NCBI GenBank assembly: GCA_012524135.1
Contig: JAAYSE010000081.1
Span: forward strand, 1-55,120
Direction: 5' to 3'
DNA length: 55,120 bases
DNA from: Candidatus Epulonipiscium sp.
GTDB taxonomy: Bacteria > Bacillota > Clostridia > Lachnospirales > JAAYNZ01
In this document: positions 31,927-41,887 of the stretch, in pieces
Layout of the letters: each line of letters opens with the position of its first letter
How positions within the stretch are numbered: position 1 is the stretch's first letter
Position numbers and translations under genes: made by a program
Notes under the pieces: model-generated
What the model was told of the DNA's origin: nothing
The model's input: only the letters and a program-made list of their open reading frames with translations
The model's database searches: none

Positions 31927-31954
31927 GCATAATTTTTCAAGGCTTTCATATATT
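31927..31954 (+). promoter_or_regulatory. Sigma-E promoter of spoIVA
   Basis: GCATAA-N14-CATATATT; spoIVA is a known sigma-E gene. Confidence 0.7.
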
Positions 31955-31996
31955 TAAAGTGTATGGATACATTTTAAAATAAGGAGGTCTTTTGTT

Positions 31997-33475
31997 ATGG
32001 AAGATTTTAATATTTATCATGATATTTCTACACGAACAAATGGAGATATTTATTTAGGAGTAGTAGGGCCTGTGCGTACTGGAAAGTCAACTTTCATTAA
32101 ACGTTTTATGGATTTATTAGTATTACCTAATATGGATAATACATATAGTCGTGAAAGAGCTAAAGATGAAATGCCTCAAAGTGCAGCTGGAAAAACAATT
32201 ATGACAACGGAACCTAAATTTGTACCCAATGAAGCTGTTTCTATTGCATTAGAGGATAATATTGAACTTAAAGTTAGAATGATAGACTGTGTTGGTTATA
32301 TGATTCCTGGAGCTACCGGACATCTAGAAGGTGAAAATCCACGTATGGTAAATACACCTTGGTACGATCATCAAATTCCTTTTATTGAGGCAGCTGAAAT
32401 TGGAACTAAAAAAGTCATTAATGAACATTCGACTATAGGCATTGTAGTAACCACAGATGGATCGATTACAGATATTGAAAGGGAAAGTTATATTGAAGCA
32501 GAAGAAAGAGTGGTAAATGAATTAAAAGAACTCAAAAAACCTTTTGTAATGTTACTGAATACCACTCGCCCTTATGATAACAAAACAATAGAATTAAAAG
32601 AAGAATTAAGCGAAAAGTATAAAATACCTGTTTTAGCCGTAAATTGTGCACAATTAAAAGTAGAAGATATTAATCAAATGATGGAAAATGTTTTATATGA
32701 ATTTCCAATTCAAGAAATCAATATTAATACACCTAGTTGGCTAGAAACATTAGAAAATGATCATTGGTTAAAAAATCAATTTATTATTGCAGTAAAAGAA
32801 GTAGTAAAACCTATATATAAATTACGCGAAGTAAAAGAAAATCTTTTAGAATTAGAAAAGAATGAATTTGTACAAAAAATTCATTTTGAAAGAATGAATT
32901 TAGGCGAAGGTATTATTAAAATGTCTGTTGCATTAGAGGAAAAATGGTTTTATCAAATATTAAGCGAAACTACGGATATAGAAATTAAAGGTGAATACCA
33001 ATTAATATCGTTAATGAAAAAACTAGCAAATATAAAAAAAGAATATGATAAAGTAGCCTATGCATTACAAGAAGTTCGACAAAAAGGATATGGTATAGTT
33101 ACACCTGTTCTTGAAGAATTAAGTTTAGAAGAGCCTGAAATTGTAAAACAAGGGAATAGATTTGGTGTTAAATTACGCGCAAGTGCTCCAAGTATTCACT
33201 TAATAAGAGCAGATATTCAAACAGAAGTTTCACCCATTGTAGGAACAGAAAAACAAAGTGAAGAATTAGTAAATTATTTAATGAGTGAATTTGAGACAGA
33301 TCCAAAAAAAATTTGGGAATCTAATATTTTTGGTAAATCTCTTCACGAACTTGTAAATGAAGGTTTACAAAATAAATTATACCGCATGCCAGAAGATGCA
33401 CAAATGAAATTACAAGAAACATTACAAAAAATAATCAATGAAGGTAATGGTGGTTTAATTTGTATTATTTTATAA
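31997..33475 (+). CDS. spoIVA: Stage IV sporulation protein A
   Basis: GVVGPVRTGKSTFIKRF, MTTEPKF, GGLICIIL C-terminus. Confidence 0.98.
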   Translation: MEDFNIYHDISTRTNGDIYLGVVGPVRTGKSTFIKRFMDLLVLPNMDNTYSRERAKDEMPQSAAGKTIMTTEPKFVPNEAVSIALEDNIELKVRMIDCVGYMIPGATGHLEGENPRMVNTPWYDHQIPFIEAAEIGTKKVINEHSTIGIVVTTDGSITDIERESYIEAEERVVNELKELKKPFVMLLNTTRPYDNKTIELKEELSEKYKIPVLAVNCAQLKVEDINQMMENVLYEFPIQEININTPSWLETLENDHWLKNQFIIAVKEVVKPIYKLREVKENLLELEKNEFVQKIHFERMNLGEGIIKMSVALEEKWFYQILSETTDIEIKGEYQLISLMKKLANIKKEYDKVAYALQEVRQKGYGIVTPVLEELSLEEPEIVKQGNRFGVKLRASAPSIHLIRADIQTEVSPIVGTEKQSEELVNYLMSEFETDPKKIWESNIFGKSLHELVNEGLQNKLYRMPEDAQMKLQETLQKIINEGNGGLICIIL

Positions 33476-33485
33476 AAATAATATG

Positions 33486-33516
33486 TAAGGCATCTCGATT
33501 ATAGAGATGCTTTTAT
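33486..33516 (+). terminator. Intrinsic terminator after spoIVA
   Basis: TAAGGCATCTC-gattata-GAGATGCTTTTA. Confidence 0.8.
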
Positions 33517-33657
33517 ATTTTAAAATTGTAAAATACTTAAGGTATTTATTAGTATTAAAATAAAATGATATATTTTTATATTTTAAAGATCCTTGTATAT
33601 CCATTAAAAACATTGTATGATAGTAAGAAGATTAAAAATATATGAGGTGTCTTTATA

Positions 33658-35127
33658 ATGGAGCCAAGTGCAAGAAAAAAACAAAAAAGAAAATTTAAAA
33701 AATCAAACAATCGTATTTATATTGGTTTTTTTGTTTTTATATCTTTATTATTTTACCTTTTAGGTTCTATTTGGACATTAGCAAAAAAACCTATTGTTCC
33801 TGTAGAAATTGCAAATAAGGGAATCATTGAAAAAAAATGTTCTACAGAAGGATTAATTATAAGAAACGAATATGTTCTTCCTAGTCCAACTAGTGGTATT
33901 ATAAAATATTTTTATACAGAAGGAGAAAAAGTAAGTAAAAATAGTCTTGTAGGTGCTACACAAGATGAAGAATTTTTTAATATTATAAAACAACAATTAG
34001 AACAAATTGAAAAAAATATACAAAAAATACAGGAAGAACGAAGAGATATTACATGGTTTCAAAAAGATATTCAACAATTAAACCATAAAATTATAACTAT
34101 TCTTTCTGAGCAAAATCAATGGTTGAAAGAAAAAGGTGATTTTTATGCAGTATATTCTGTAAAAGATCAGATCCAACACTATATTGATCAAAGAAATCAA
34201 TTATTTATTTTAGAACCTAAAGGACGTTTAAAGGATTTAGTAACTGAAAAAATGAATTATGAAAATCAACTACAAAAAAATAGTCATGTAATATCTACTC
34301 CTATTAGTGGTTTAGTTTCTTTTCAAATTGATGGTTTTGAAAACCTTACTATTGACAATATTGCACTGGAACATTTTGATAATAAAATAGATTCCTTACA
34401 ATTAGATAACGAAACAGATCAAAATATCTCTAATATCAAAATAGTAGAAGATACTTCTTGGTATATTGCAGCTTTATTTCCTAAAGAAACTATACAAGAT
34501 TGGGAAGTTGGAAAACAAATCTCCTTGTTTTTCCCTCAAAAAAATTATTTGGAAATTCCTTTTATTATTGATACAATAAAACAAGTAGAGGAAAAAATTA
34601 TTGTTATTTTTCGAGCGCATGAATATATGCACTTGTTCTTAAATGAACGTTTGATTGATGTAGAAGTATCTTTAGAACATTACGAAGGATTAAAAGTTTC
34701 TAATAGTGCTATTGTGGAAAAAAGTTTTTTAAAAATTCCTAGACAATGTTTAATTCAAAGCAATAAAGAACAAGGAGTTATTCGTATCATAGAAGATGAA
34801 TCTATATTTCTACCTATTACTATATCATATGAAGATGAACAATATGTCTATATACCTACTAACAATGAATTACGACAATATGATATAATTATAATACAAA
34901 AGGGTGAACAACAAGAAAAATATACTATTGATCAAGTAGATACATCGTATGGTGTATATATAGCGAATCAAGGTTTTGCAAAGTTTAAAAAAATAAAGAT
35001 ATTAGGTAAAAATCAAGATTACACTATTATTGATGATGGAACTTCTTATGGTGTGCAAATGTATGATCGTATTATATTAGATGCGAATCAAGTGAAAGAA
35101 GGACAATTTTTACATAAATCATTATAG
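33658..35127 (+). CDS. Membrane-anchored HlyD/membrane-fusion-like protein
   Basis: Basic N-terminus plus one TM, split lipoyl-like halves (SPTSGIIKYFYTEGEKV; TPISGLVSFQIDGFE) around a coiled coil, GLKVSNSAI. Confidence 0.7.
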   Translation: MEPSARKKQKRKFKKSNNRIYIGFFVFISLLFYLLGSIWTLAKKPIVPVEIANKGIIEKKCSTEGLIIRNEYVLPSPTSGIIKYFYTEGEKVSKNSLVGATQDEEFFNIIKQQLEQIEKNIQKIQEERRDITWFQKDIQQLNHKIITILSEQNQWLKEKGDFYAVYSVKDQIQHYIDQRNQLFILEPKGRLKDLVTEKMNYENQLQKNSHVISTPISGLVSFQIDGFENLTIDNIALEHFDNKIDSLQLDNETDQNISNIKIVEDTSWYIAALFPKETIQDWEVGKQISLFFPQKNYLEIPFIIDTIKQVEEKIIVIFRAHEYMHLFLNERLIDVEVSLEHYEGLKVSNSAIVEKSFLKIPRQCLIQSNKEQGVIRIIEDESIFLPITISYEDEQYVYIPTNNELRQYDIIIIQKGEQQEKYTIDQVDTSYGVYIANQGFAKFKKIKILGKNQDYTIIDDGTSYGVQMYDRIILDANQVKEGQFLHKSL

Positions 35128-35142
35128 TAGAAGGTGATATAA

Positions 35143-35853
35143 GTGGATCAATTAGAAAAGAATATTGCAATTATTCAAGAAAATATAAAAAAGGCTGCAA
35201 AAAAGTCGGGTAGAACAATAAAAGATATTAATATTGTAGGAGTAACTAAAACAGTTCCCGTTGAGCGTATTAAACAATCAGTACAATATGGTATTATAGA
35301 TATAGGTGAAAACAAAGCACAAGAATTAATGGCAAAATATGATGAATGTAAAGAATTAGTGAATTGGCATTTTATTGGACATCTTCAACGCAACAAAGTA
35401 AAATATATTATTGATAAAGTAAAACTAATACATTCTGTTGATAGCTACCGATTAGCTAAACAAATTAATAAAGAGGCCTATAAACATTCAAAAATTATGG
35501 ATATTTTATTACAGGTAAATATTGCTCAAGAAAAAAGCAAATATGGTATGAGTGAAGAAGAATTATATAATTCTCTTTCGTTATATGCCCAATTACCTTA
35601 TGTACGCATAAAAGGATTGATGGCTATTCCACCTCATTCGGATAATCCAGAATGTAACAGGAAATATTTTCGTAAAATGAATCAATTGTTTATTGACATA
35701 AAACAAAAAAACATTGATAATATACATATGGAATTTCTTTCTATGGGAATGACTAATGATTATTCAATAGCCATTGAAGAAGGAGCAACAATGGTTCGTA
35801 TTGGTTCTGGTATATATGGAAAACGTACCTATAATATTAAGGAGGGAAAGTAA
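35143..35853 (+). CDS. yggS: PLP homeostasis protein YggS/YlmE
   Basis: VGVTKT, GENKAQE, WHFIGHLQRNK, LSMGMTNDY, VRIGSGIYG. Confidence 0.96.
   Translation: MDQLEKNIAIIQENIKKAAKKSGRTIKDINIVGVTKTVPVERIKQSVQYGIIDIGENKAQELMAKYDECKELVNWHFIGHLQRNKVKYIIDKVKLIHSVDSYRLAKQINKEAYKHSKIMDILLQVNIAQEKSKYGMSEEELYNSLSLYAQLPYVRIKGLMAIPPHSDNPECNRKYFRKMNQLFIDIKQKNIDNIHMEFLSMGMTNDYSIAIEEGATMVRIGSGIYGKRTYNIKEGK
35693..35721 (+). promoter_or_regulatory. Internal sigma-A promoter for sepF-ylmG-ylmH-divIVA, inside yggS
   Basis: TTGACA-N17-GATAAT about 130 nt upstream of sepF. Confidence 0.6.
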
Positions 35854-36306
35854 TTGGCCAAGCTGTTTGATAAAGTAATGAATGCTATGGGACTAGGGGA
35901 TTTAGAAGAATATGAAGAGGAATTTGAGGAGGAAACAGTTGAGCCTGAAATTTCTCCTATTCGAACGGTTCGCCGTAATAACTCAAAAATTGTTAATATC
36001 CATACTAATGTTCAAATGGAGGTAATTGTAACAAATCCGGAATCATATGAAGAGGCACAAGAAGTTTGTGATCATATTCGTGCTAAAAAACCTGTTGTTA
36101 TTAATTTAGAAAATCTAGATCATGAAATAGCTCAAAGAATTATGGATTTTGCAAGTGGTGCCTGCTATGTATTAGATGGTAATATTCAAAGAATAACCCA
36201 TAATATTTTTATTATTGCACCTGAAAATGTAGATATTTCTAGTGATATTAGAGAAGAATTACAAACAAAAGGAATTATTTTGCCTTGGATGCATGATGTA
36301 AAATAA
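35854..36306 (+). CDS. sepF: Cell division protein SepF
   Basis: PESYEEAQEVCD, VVINLE, RIMDFASGACYVLDG. Confidence 0.95.
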   Translation: MAKLFDKVMNAMGLGDLEEYEEEFEEETVEPEISPIRTVRRNNSKIVNIHTNVQMEVIVTNPESYEEAQEVCDHIRAKKPVVINLENLDHEIAQRIMDFASGACYVLDGNIQRITHNIFIIAPENVDISSDIREELQTKGIILPWMHDVK

Positions 36307-36321
36307 TAATGGAGGCATAGA

Positions 36322-36609
36322 ATGAATACTATTTTACTACAATCAATTGATTGGTTCTTTCAATTATTAAATATTTTAATTTTAATACGGGTGCTTTTAT
36401 CATGGTTCCCTATATCACCTAATAATCCTTTAGTAGCACTATTATACAATTTAACAGAACCTATCCTAGGTCCTATTAGATACTTACTTGAAAAGTCTAT
36501 TTTTGGCGGTAGAGGTATGATATTAGACTTTTCTCCTATTATTGCTATGTTTGTACTACAAGCAATAAGATCAATATTGATAATAATAGTTACTGGGTTG
36601 ATTATATAG
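36322..36609 (+). CDS. ylmG: YggT/YlmG family membrane protein
   Basis: RVLLSWFP, LTEPILGPIR, DFSPIIA. Confidence 0.93.
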   Translation: MNTILLQSIDWFFQLLNILILIRVLLSWFPISPNNPLVALLYNLTEPILGPIRYLLEKSIFGGRGMILDFSPIIAMFVLQAIRSILIIIVTGLII

Positions 36610-36620
36610 GAGGATTTATC

Positions 36621-37412
36621 TTGGATATAGAAAATATTTTAAAATCCTTTAAACAGCCTGAAGATAAGCTTTTTATTCAAAAAGTCTTAGATCAGGCTTA
36701 TTTATGTTTGAAAAATCATATATATACTTTTACAGACTTTATTGATATGCATCAATATGGACAAGTAATGAAAATTATCAATCAATTACCTTCTGATTTA
36801 TCATATCAATGTTTTGGTGGATATGATAATGCAGAAAGAAAAATGATAGGATTTTCTCCTTTTTATCTTTCTTTAGAAGTAAATGATTTTCCTATTCAAG
36901 CATTAGAATTTCAAAACCGCTCTGCAACACATTATAAAATGTCACATCGTGATTATTTAGGTGTAATAATTAAAACTGGTATTGATCGCAGCAAAATAGG
37001 AGATATATTAGTTAAAAATGATGGTGCTATTGTTTTCTTAAACCAAAGTATAAGTTCGTTTATTCAATTTAATGTTACTAAAGTTGGAAAATGCGCAGTA
37101 CAATTAAAGCCTCTTGACTTAGATAAGATATCCATTCCAAAACCAAAAGTAAAAGAAATTCATGCTTCTGTTGCATCATTACGGGTTGATGCTTTACTGA
37201 GTTCAGGATTTTCTATTTCTCGAGGAAAAGCTGTGCAATTTATTAAAAGACAAAAAGTATTTAAAAATTGGATACTTGTAGAAAATCCAGCAGAAAATGT
37301 ACAAATAAATGACATTCTTACTTTACGTGGTTTAGGACGAATTAAATTAGTTTACATAGGAAATAAAACAAGAAAAAATAGAATACATGTTACTATTTAT
37401 CGTTATGTATAG
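36621..37412 (+). CDS. ylmH: YlmH/Sll1252 S4-domain RNA-binding protein
   Basis: FGGYDNAERK, HRDYLG, IGDI, SLRVD, RGLGR. Confidence 0.92.
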   Translation: MDIENILKSFKQPEDKLFIQKVLDQAYLCLKNHIYTFTDFIDMHQYGQVMKIINQLPSDLSYQCFGGYDNAERKMIGFSPFYLSLEVNDFPIQALEFQNRSATHYKMSHRDYLGVIIKTGIDRSKIGDILVKNDGAIVFLNQSISSFIQFNVTKVGKCAVQLKPLDLDKISIPKPKVKEIHASVASLRVDALLSSGFSISRGKAVQFIKRQKVFKNWILVENPAENVQINDILTLRGLGRIKLVYIGNKTRKNRIHVTIYRYV

Positions 37413-37424
37413 GAGGTTTATACT

Positions 37425-37925
37425 ATGTTAACTCCATTAGATATTGAATCTAAAGAATTTAAGCGTGCTCCTTTAGGGTATTCAATGAATGAAGTAGATC
37501 GATTTTTAGATGAAGTTATTCTTCAATATGAAAAATTATATCGAGAAAATATCGATTTAAAAGATAAAATGGTTGTATTAAATGAAAGAATTCAAAATTA
37601 TAAAGCAATGGAACAAACATTAAAAAACACTTTATTATTAGCAGAAAAAACGTCAGAAGAACTAAAAAATTCTGCTTATCAAAAAAGTGAACATATTATA
37701 AAAGAGGCTGAATTAAAATCTTATGAATTAATTCAACAGGCACAAGATGAAGTTCTTGTTGTAGAACAACATATTGGGCAACTAAAAAAACAATATGAAT
37801 CTACAAAAATCCAATTTAAACATTTTTTACAAACTCAATTAGATCTTCTTAATCAAGATAATACTTTTAAAATAAATCTTCTTGATGAAAATATAAAAGC
37901 AACTCATTCACAAAAGGAGTCATGA
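37425..37925 (+). CDS. divIVA: DivIVA domain protein
   Basis: MLTPLDIESKEFKR..GY..EVDRFLD plus coiled coil. Confidence 0.93.
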   Translation: MLTPLDIESKEFKRAPLGYSMNEVDRFLDEVILQYEKLYRENIDLKDKMVVLNERIQNYKAMEQTLKNTLLLAEKTSEELKNSAYQKSEHIIKEAELKSYELIQQAQDEVLVVEQHIGQLKKQYESTKIQFKHFLQTQLDLLNQDNTFKINLLDENIKATHSQKES

Positions 37926-39016
37926 TAATGGATAAAATATATGTGAATGGTCAACAAGCATCTTATCCTATTTATTTTGCAAAAGACTTTAGTTTTCTTT
38001 TAGACATCTTAGAAAAAACAGGATTTTTTAATCAAAAAATATGTATTGTTACAGATAAAAATGTAGATCATTACTATGGAAATCAATTATTATCATTATT
38101 ACAAACAAAATATAATGTAGTCTATAAATATGTATTTGCTCCTGGTGAAGAGAATAAAAATTTGAAAACTATTTATAATATGTATGATTTTTTCTTAAAA
38201 AAGCAATTGGATCGACAATCATTAATTATCGCTCTAGGTGGTGGAGTGGTTGGAGATATGGCTGGTTATGCAGCTGCTACCTTTATGCGTGGTATTTCTT
38301 TTATACAAATTCCTACATCTCTTTTATCACAAGTAGATAGTAGTGTAGGCGGAAAAGTAGGAGTTGATTTTCAAAAGCACAAAAATATTATTGGTTCTTT
38401 TTATCAACCTTCTTTTGTCTATATTAATATTTCAACTTTACAAACTTTACCTAACCGTGAATTACATGCTGGAATGGCAGAAGTGATTAAACATGGTTTA
38501 ATTTTAGATCCTCGATATTATGAATATGTAAAACTACATACAAAGGATATTTTACAACTTCATTTAGATACTTTAACAAAAATAGTTCGTCGTTCTTGTG
38601 AATTAAAAACTTTTATTGTGAATCAGGATGAAAAGGAAACAGGAATACGGGAAATTTTAAATTTTGGTCATACTTTTGGTCATGCCATTGAAACTTTACT
38701 GAATTTTAAATTACTTCATGGTGAATGTATATCTATAGGTATACTAGGTGCTGCTTACTTATCGTATCAATTAGGAAATATATCTATCCAAAATGTTCAT
38801 GATATTAAAGAAACATTGCTTTCTTATTCATTGCCAATTTATATTAATAGTATGAATAAAGATCAATTATATCAACAACTTTTTTTAGATAAAAAGGTCA
38901 AACAAAGTCAGTTGCATTTTGTTTTATTATCAGAAATAGGGAAATCTTTTTCCACTCCTGATGTATCAAAATCAGCAATTTATTCGGCAATAAATTATAT
39001 ATGTAAAACAAATTAA
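37922..39016 (+). CDS. aroB: 3-dehydroquinate synthase
   Basis: ALGGGVVGD, DSSVGGK, LNFGHTFGHAIE, HGE. Confidence 0.96.
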   Translation: MIMDKIYVNGQQASYPIYFAKDFSFLLDILEKTGFFNQKICIVTDKNVDHYYGNQLLSLLQTKYNVVYKYVFAPGEENKNLKTIYNMYDFFLKKQLDRQSLIIALGGGVVGDMAGYAAATFMRGISFIQIPTSLLSQVDSSVGGKVGVDFQKHKNIIGSFYQPSFVYINISTLQTLPNRELHAGMAEVIKHGLILDPRYYEYVKLHTKDILQLHLDTLTKIVRRSCELKTFIVNQDEKETGIREILNFGHTFGHAIETLLNFKLLHGECISIGILGAAYLSYQLGNISIQNVHDIKETLLSYSLPIYINSMNKDQLYQQLFLDKKVKQSQLHFVLLSEIGKSFSTPDVSKSAIYSAINYICKTN

Positions 39017-39111
39017 TCATTATATATTTTCATATTTTGCCTATAAACTATTGTCATGTTTCTATAATTTTTACATATCCTAAGAATATTATTATTTTTA
39101 GGAGGAGTACT

Positions 39112-39678
39112 ATGCAACAAAAACAGTTAAAATATTTAACTAAACTATTGCTAAAACAAAAAAAAGAAATAGAAAAACAAGTTCAGGAATTTTCTACTAC
39201 ATGGATAAATGAACTTTCTTTATATGATAATCATCCTGCTGATATTGCATCTGAAACATATGAAATGGATAAAGAACGAACTCTTTACAACCATCAAAAA
39301 CGTGTTTTAGAAAAAATAAGAGAAAGTATTAAACAAATTAATTGTGGAACCTATGGTATTTGTAAAGTCTGTAAACAAGAGATACCTTTTGAAAGATTAG
39401 AAATAATACCTTATACCAATCTATGTTTTTTTTGTGCAAAAGAAACTAAATTTAAAGGACCTATAGATATAAAAAGATATCCTAATAAACGTACTCTTAC
39501 AAACCCTGATTTGGAATTTGTACAAAAATTACAATCGTATGGTTCCTCTGATAATATGCAGGATGTTATAGGCATGGAAGATTATGAAGACTTTTATGAA
39601 CAATATGATTTACAACATGAAGAAGATCCTATTGAGAAAATTTCTAATGAGGATTATAAAAAACAATTATATGATTAA
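39112..39678 (+). CDS. YteA-family DksA/TraR C4 zinc-finger protein
   Basis: ELSLYDNHPADIASETYE, GTYGICKVC..ERLEIIPYTNLCFFC; start moved to the ATG after AGGAGG. Confidence 0.85.
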   Translation: MQQKQLKYLTKLLLKQKKEIEKQVQEFSTTWINELSLYDNHPADIASETYEMDKERTLYNHQKRVLEKIRESIKQINCGTYGICKVCKQEIPFERLEIIPYTNLCFFCAKETKFKGPIDIKRYPNKRTLTNPDLEFVQKLQSYGSSDNMQDVIGMEDYEDFYEQYDLQHEEDPIEKISNEDYKKQLYD

Positions 39679-39731
39679 TGTTTTAAATTTATAAAACAAA
39701 ACTATGCTAATAGCATTAAAGGGAGAGAAAT

Positions 39732-40205
39732 ATGATAGGAGTATTTACAATCATTATTGTTTTTCTAGTGGCTATTGATCAAATTACAAAGTATCTAGCC
39801 CGTATTTATTTAAAACCTTTGGGAACAATCCCTTGTATACCTGATATTTTTCATTTGACTTTTGTGGAAAACCGTGGAGCTGCATTTGGAATACTACAAA
39901 ATAAAACTTGGTTTTTTATTATTATAACTATATTTATTTTAATGGGTATGATTTATTATTATAATATGTTACCTTCTACACCAAAATATAAATGGATTCG
40001 TATATCTTTTATTTTAATTATTGCAGGAGCTATTGGTAATTTAATTGATAGGATAAAACAAGGATATGTAATTGATTTTTTTGACTTTCGTCTTATTCAA
40101 TTTCCTGTATTCAATGTAGCAGATTGTTATGTTGTTGTTGGAACCTTTTTATTGGCTTACTTATTATTATTTGTAATAGAAGAAATACCTATGGAAAAGG
40201 AATAA
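39732..40205 (+). CDS. lspA: Lipoprotein signal peptidase II
   Basis: DQITK, NRGAAFG, GNLIDR, VIDF, FNVAD. Confidence 0.96.
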   Translation: MIGVFTIIIVFLVAIDQITKYLARIYLKPLGTIPCIPDIFHLTFVENRGAAFGILQNKTWFFIIITIFILMGMIYYYNMLPSTPKYKWIRISFILIIAGAIGNLIDRIKQGYVIDFFDFRLIQFPVFNVADCYVVVGTFLLAYLLLFVIEEIPMEKE

Positions 40206-40211
40206 AATAAT

Positions 40212-41138
40212 ATGAATATATATACTTTTACTGTTTCTGATCAATATATAAATATACGTTTAGATCTTTTTTTATCTCAGCAACTACCTCAATACTCGAG
40301 ATCCTTTTTACAAAAATTGATTACTGATAAAAATATCTTGGTTAATGATAAAAAAACTAAAAGTAATTATAAATTACGTATAAATGATTTTGTGAAAGTA
40401 ACTATACCTTGCCCACAAAAGCTTATACTTAAAAGTGAAAATATTGATTTAAATATTATTTATGAAGATAACGATATTATTATTATCAATAAACCTCAAA
40501 ATATGGTTGTACATCCATCTAAAGGTCATTCTGTTGGTACTTTAGTAAATGGATTATTATATCATTATGGTAATAATCTTTCAACATGGAATGAGGATCC
40601 TTTGCGACCGGGTATTGTACATCGCATTGATAAAAATACTTCAGGAATACTTGTTGTTGCTAAAAATAATATAGCACATCAAAAACTGATACAACAAATT
40701 CAAAATCACACCATGACACGTATTTATCATACTATTGTTCTTCACAATATTAAAAATGACGAAGGAACGATTGATACATTAATAGATAGGCATCCCATTA
40801 ATCGAAAAAAAAGAGCAGTAGTTTCAGCACAAGGTAGAAGGGCTATTACTCATTATAAAGTTCTAGAACGTTTTGGACAGTATACTTATGTACAGACTCG
40901 TTTAGAAACAGGACGAACTCATCAAATTCGTGTTCATATGGCTTATATAGGACATCCTATCTTAGGAGATGTGATATATGGCCCAGGATCCATGCACTTT
41001 AATTTACAGGGACAAGTGCTCCATGCTAAATCTTTAGGCTTTATACATCCTTCTACCAATCAATATATGGAATTTGAAACTCCATTACCTATTTATTTTC
41101 AGGAAGTCTTACAATGGTTACGAAAAACATCGAAATAA
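40212..41138 (+). CDS. rluD: RluA-family pseudouridine synthase (RluD-like)
   Basis: S4 domain, PGIVHRIDKNTSG, ETGRTHQIRVH; follows lspA. Confidence 0.9.
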   Translation: MNIYTFTVSDQYINIRLDLFLSQQLPQYSRSFLQKLITDKNILVNDKKTKSNYKLRINDFVKVTIPCPQKLILKSENIDLNIIYEDNDIIIINKPQNMVVHPSKGHSVGTLVNGLLYHYGNNLSTWNEDPLRPGIVHRIDKNTSGILVVAKNNIAHQKLIQQIQNHTMTRIYHTIVLHNIKNDEGTIDTLIDRHPINRKKRAVVSAQGRRAITHYKVLERFGQYTYVQTRLETGRTHQIRVHMAYIGHPILGDVIYGPGSMHFNLQGQVLHAKSLGFIHPSTNQYMEFETPLPIYFQEVLQWLRKTSK

Positions 41139-41194
41139 ATCTAGACAAAGATTTCTTTTTATGATACAGTATTTACGGATTAATAAAATATAGT

Positions 41195-41315
41195 TCCTTT
41201 AAGTTAGTCCAGAGAGACTAGTAAGGAGAAAAATTACTTTGTATATGGGGATCTTTGGGTCTTTATGTATTAAAATATAAAACTTCTTACAGTCATGTAA
41301 GAAGTTTTTATTTTG
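41195..41315 (+). promoter_or_regulatory. PyrR-binding attenuator
   Basis: TCCTTTAAG-TTAGTCCAGAGAGACTAG-TAAGGA binding hairpin; GTAAGGAG can pair with CTTCTTAC (antiterminator); terminator AAAACTTCTTAC..GTAAGAAGTTTT. Confidence 0.92.
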
Positions 41316-41330
41316 TAAAGGAGAATAAAA

Positions 41331-41867
41331 ATGGCAATAAAAAAAGAAATTATGGATGAAAAAGCAATTCAACGTGCATTAACTCGTATTTCTCATGAAA
41401 TAATTGAAAAGAATAAAGGAGTTGAAAATGTAGTATTATTAGGAATAAAAACACGTGGAGTACCTTTGGCTTATCGAATTGCTAATAAAATTCAAGAAGT
41501 CGAAAATATAAACGTTCCTGTTGATATTTTAGACATTACTTTTTACAGAGATGACTTAGAAAAACGCTCATCTCAACCTATTGTACATAACAAATTGGCA
41601 GTAAATATTCAAGGTAAAACAATTGTATTAGTAGATGATGTTATTTTCACAGGAAGAACCTGTCGAGCTGCTTTAGATGCAGTAATGGATGCTGGACGGC
41701 CTGAATATATTCAACTTGCAGTATTAATTGATCGTGGACATCGTGAACTACCTTTACGTCCCGATTTTGTAGGTAAAAATGTACCTACTTCTAAAAAAGA
41801 AATAGTACATGTTTTATTACAAGAACATGATGGTGAAGATTGTGTTGTACTAGAAAAATCTTTATAA
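41331..41867 (+). CDS. pyrR: Bifunctional pyr operon regulator / uracil phosphoribosyltransferase
   Basis: [40 protein letters not shown]. Confidence 0.97.
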   Translation: MAIKKEIMDEKAIQRALTRISHEIIEKNKGVENVVLLGIKTRGVPLAYRIANKIQEVENINVPVDILDITFYRDDLEKRSSQPIVHNKLAVNIQGKTIVLVDDVIFTGRTCRAALDAVMDAGRPEYIQLAVLIDRGHRELPLRPDFVGKNVPTSKKEIVHVLLQEHDGEDCVVLEKSL

Positions 41868-41887
41868 AATTTAAGGAGGATGTACAA

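Noticed and set aside
41840-41887. N-terminal extension of uraA (and similar extensions of pta, tmcAL, yteA-like, recU, FlhB-like) in the ORF track
   Set aside because: Better RBS-start pairs lie downstream; the extensions are longest-ORF artefacts.
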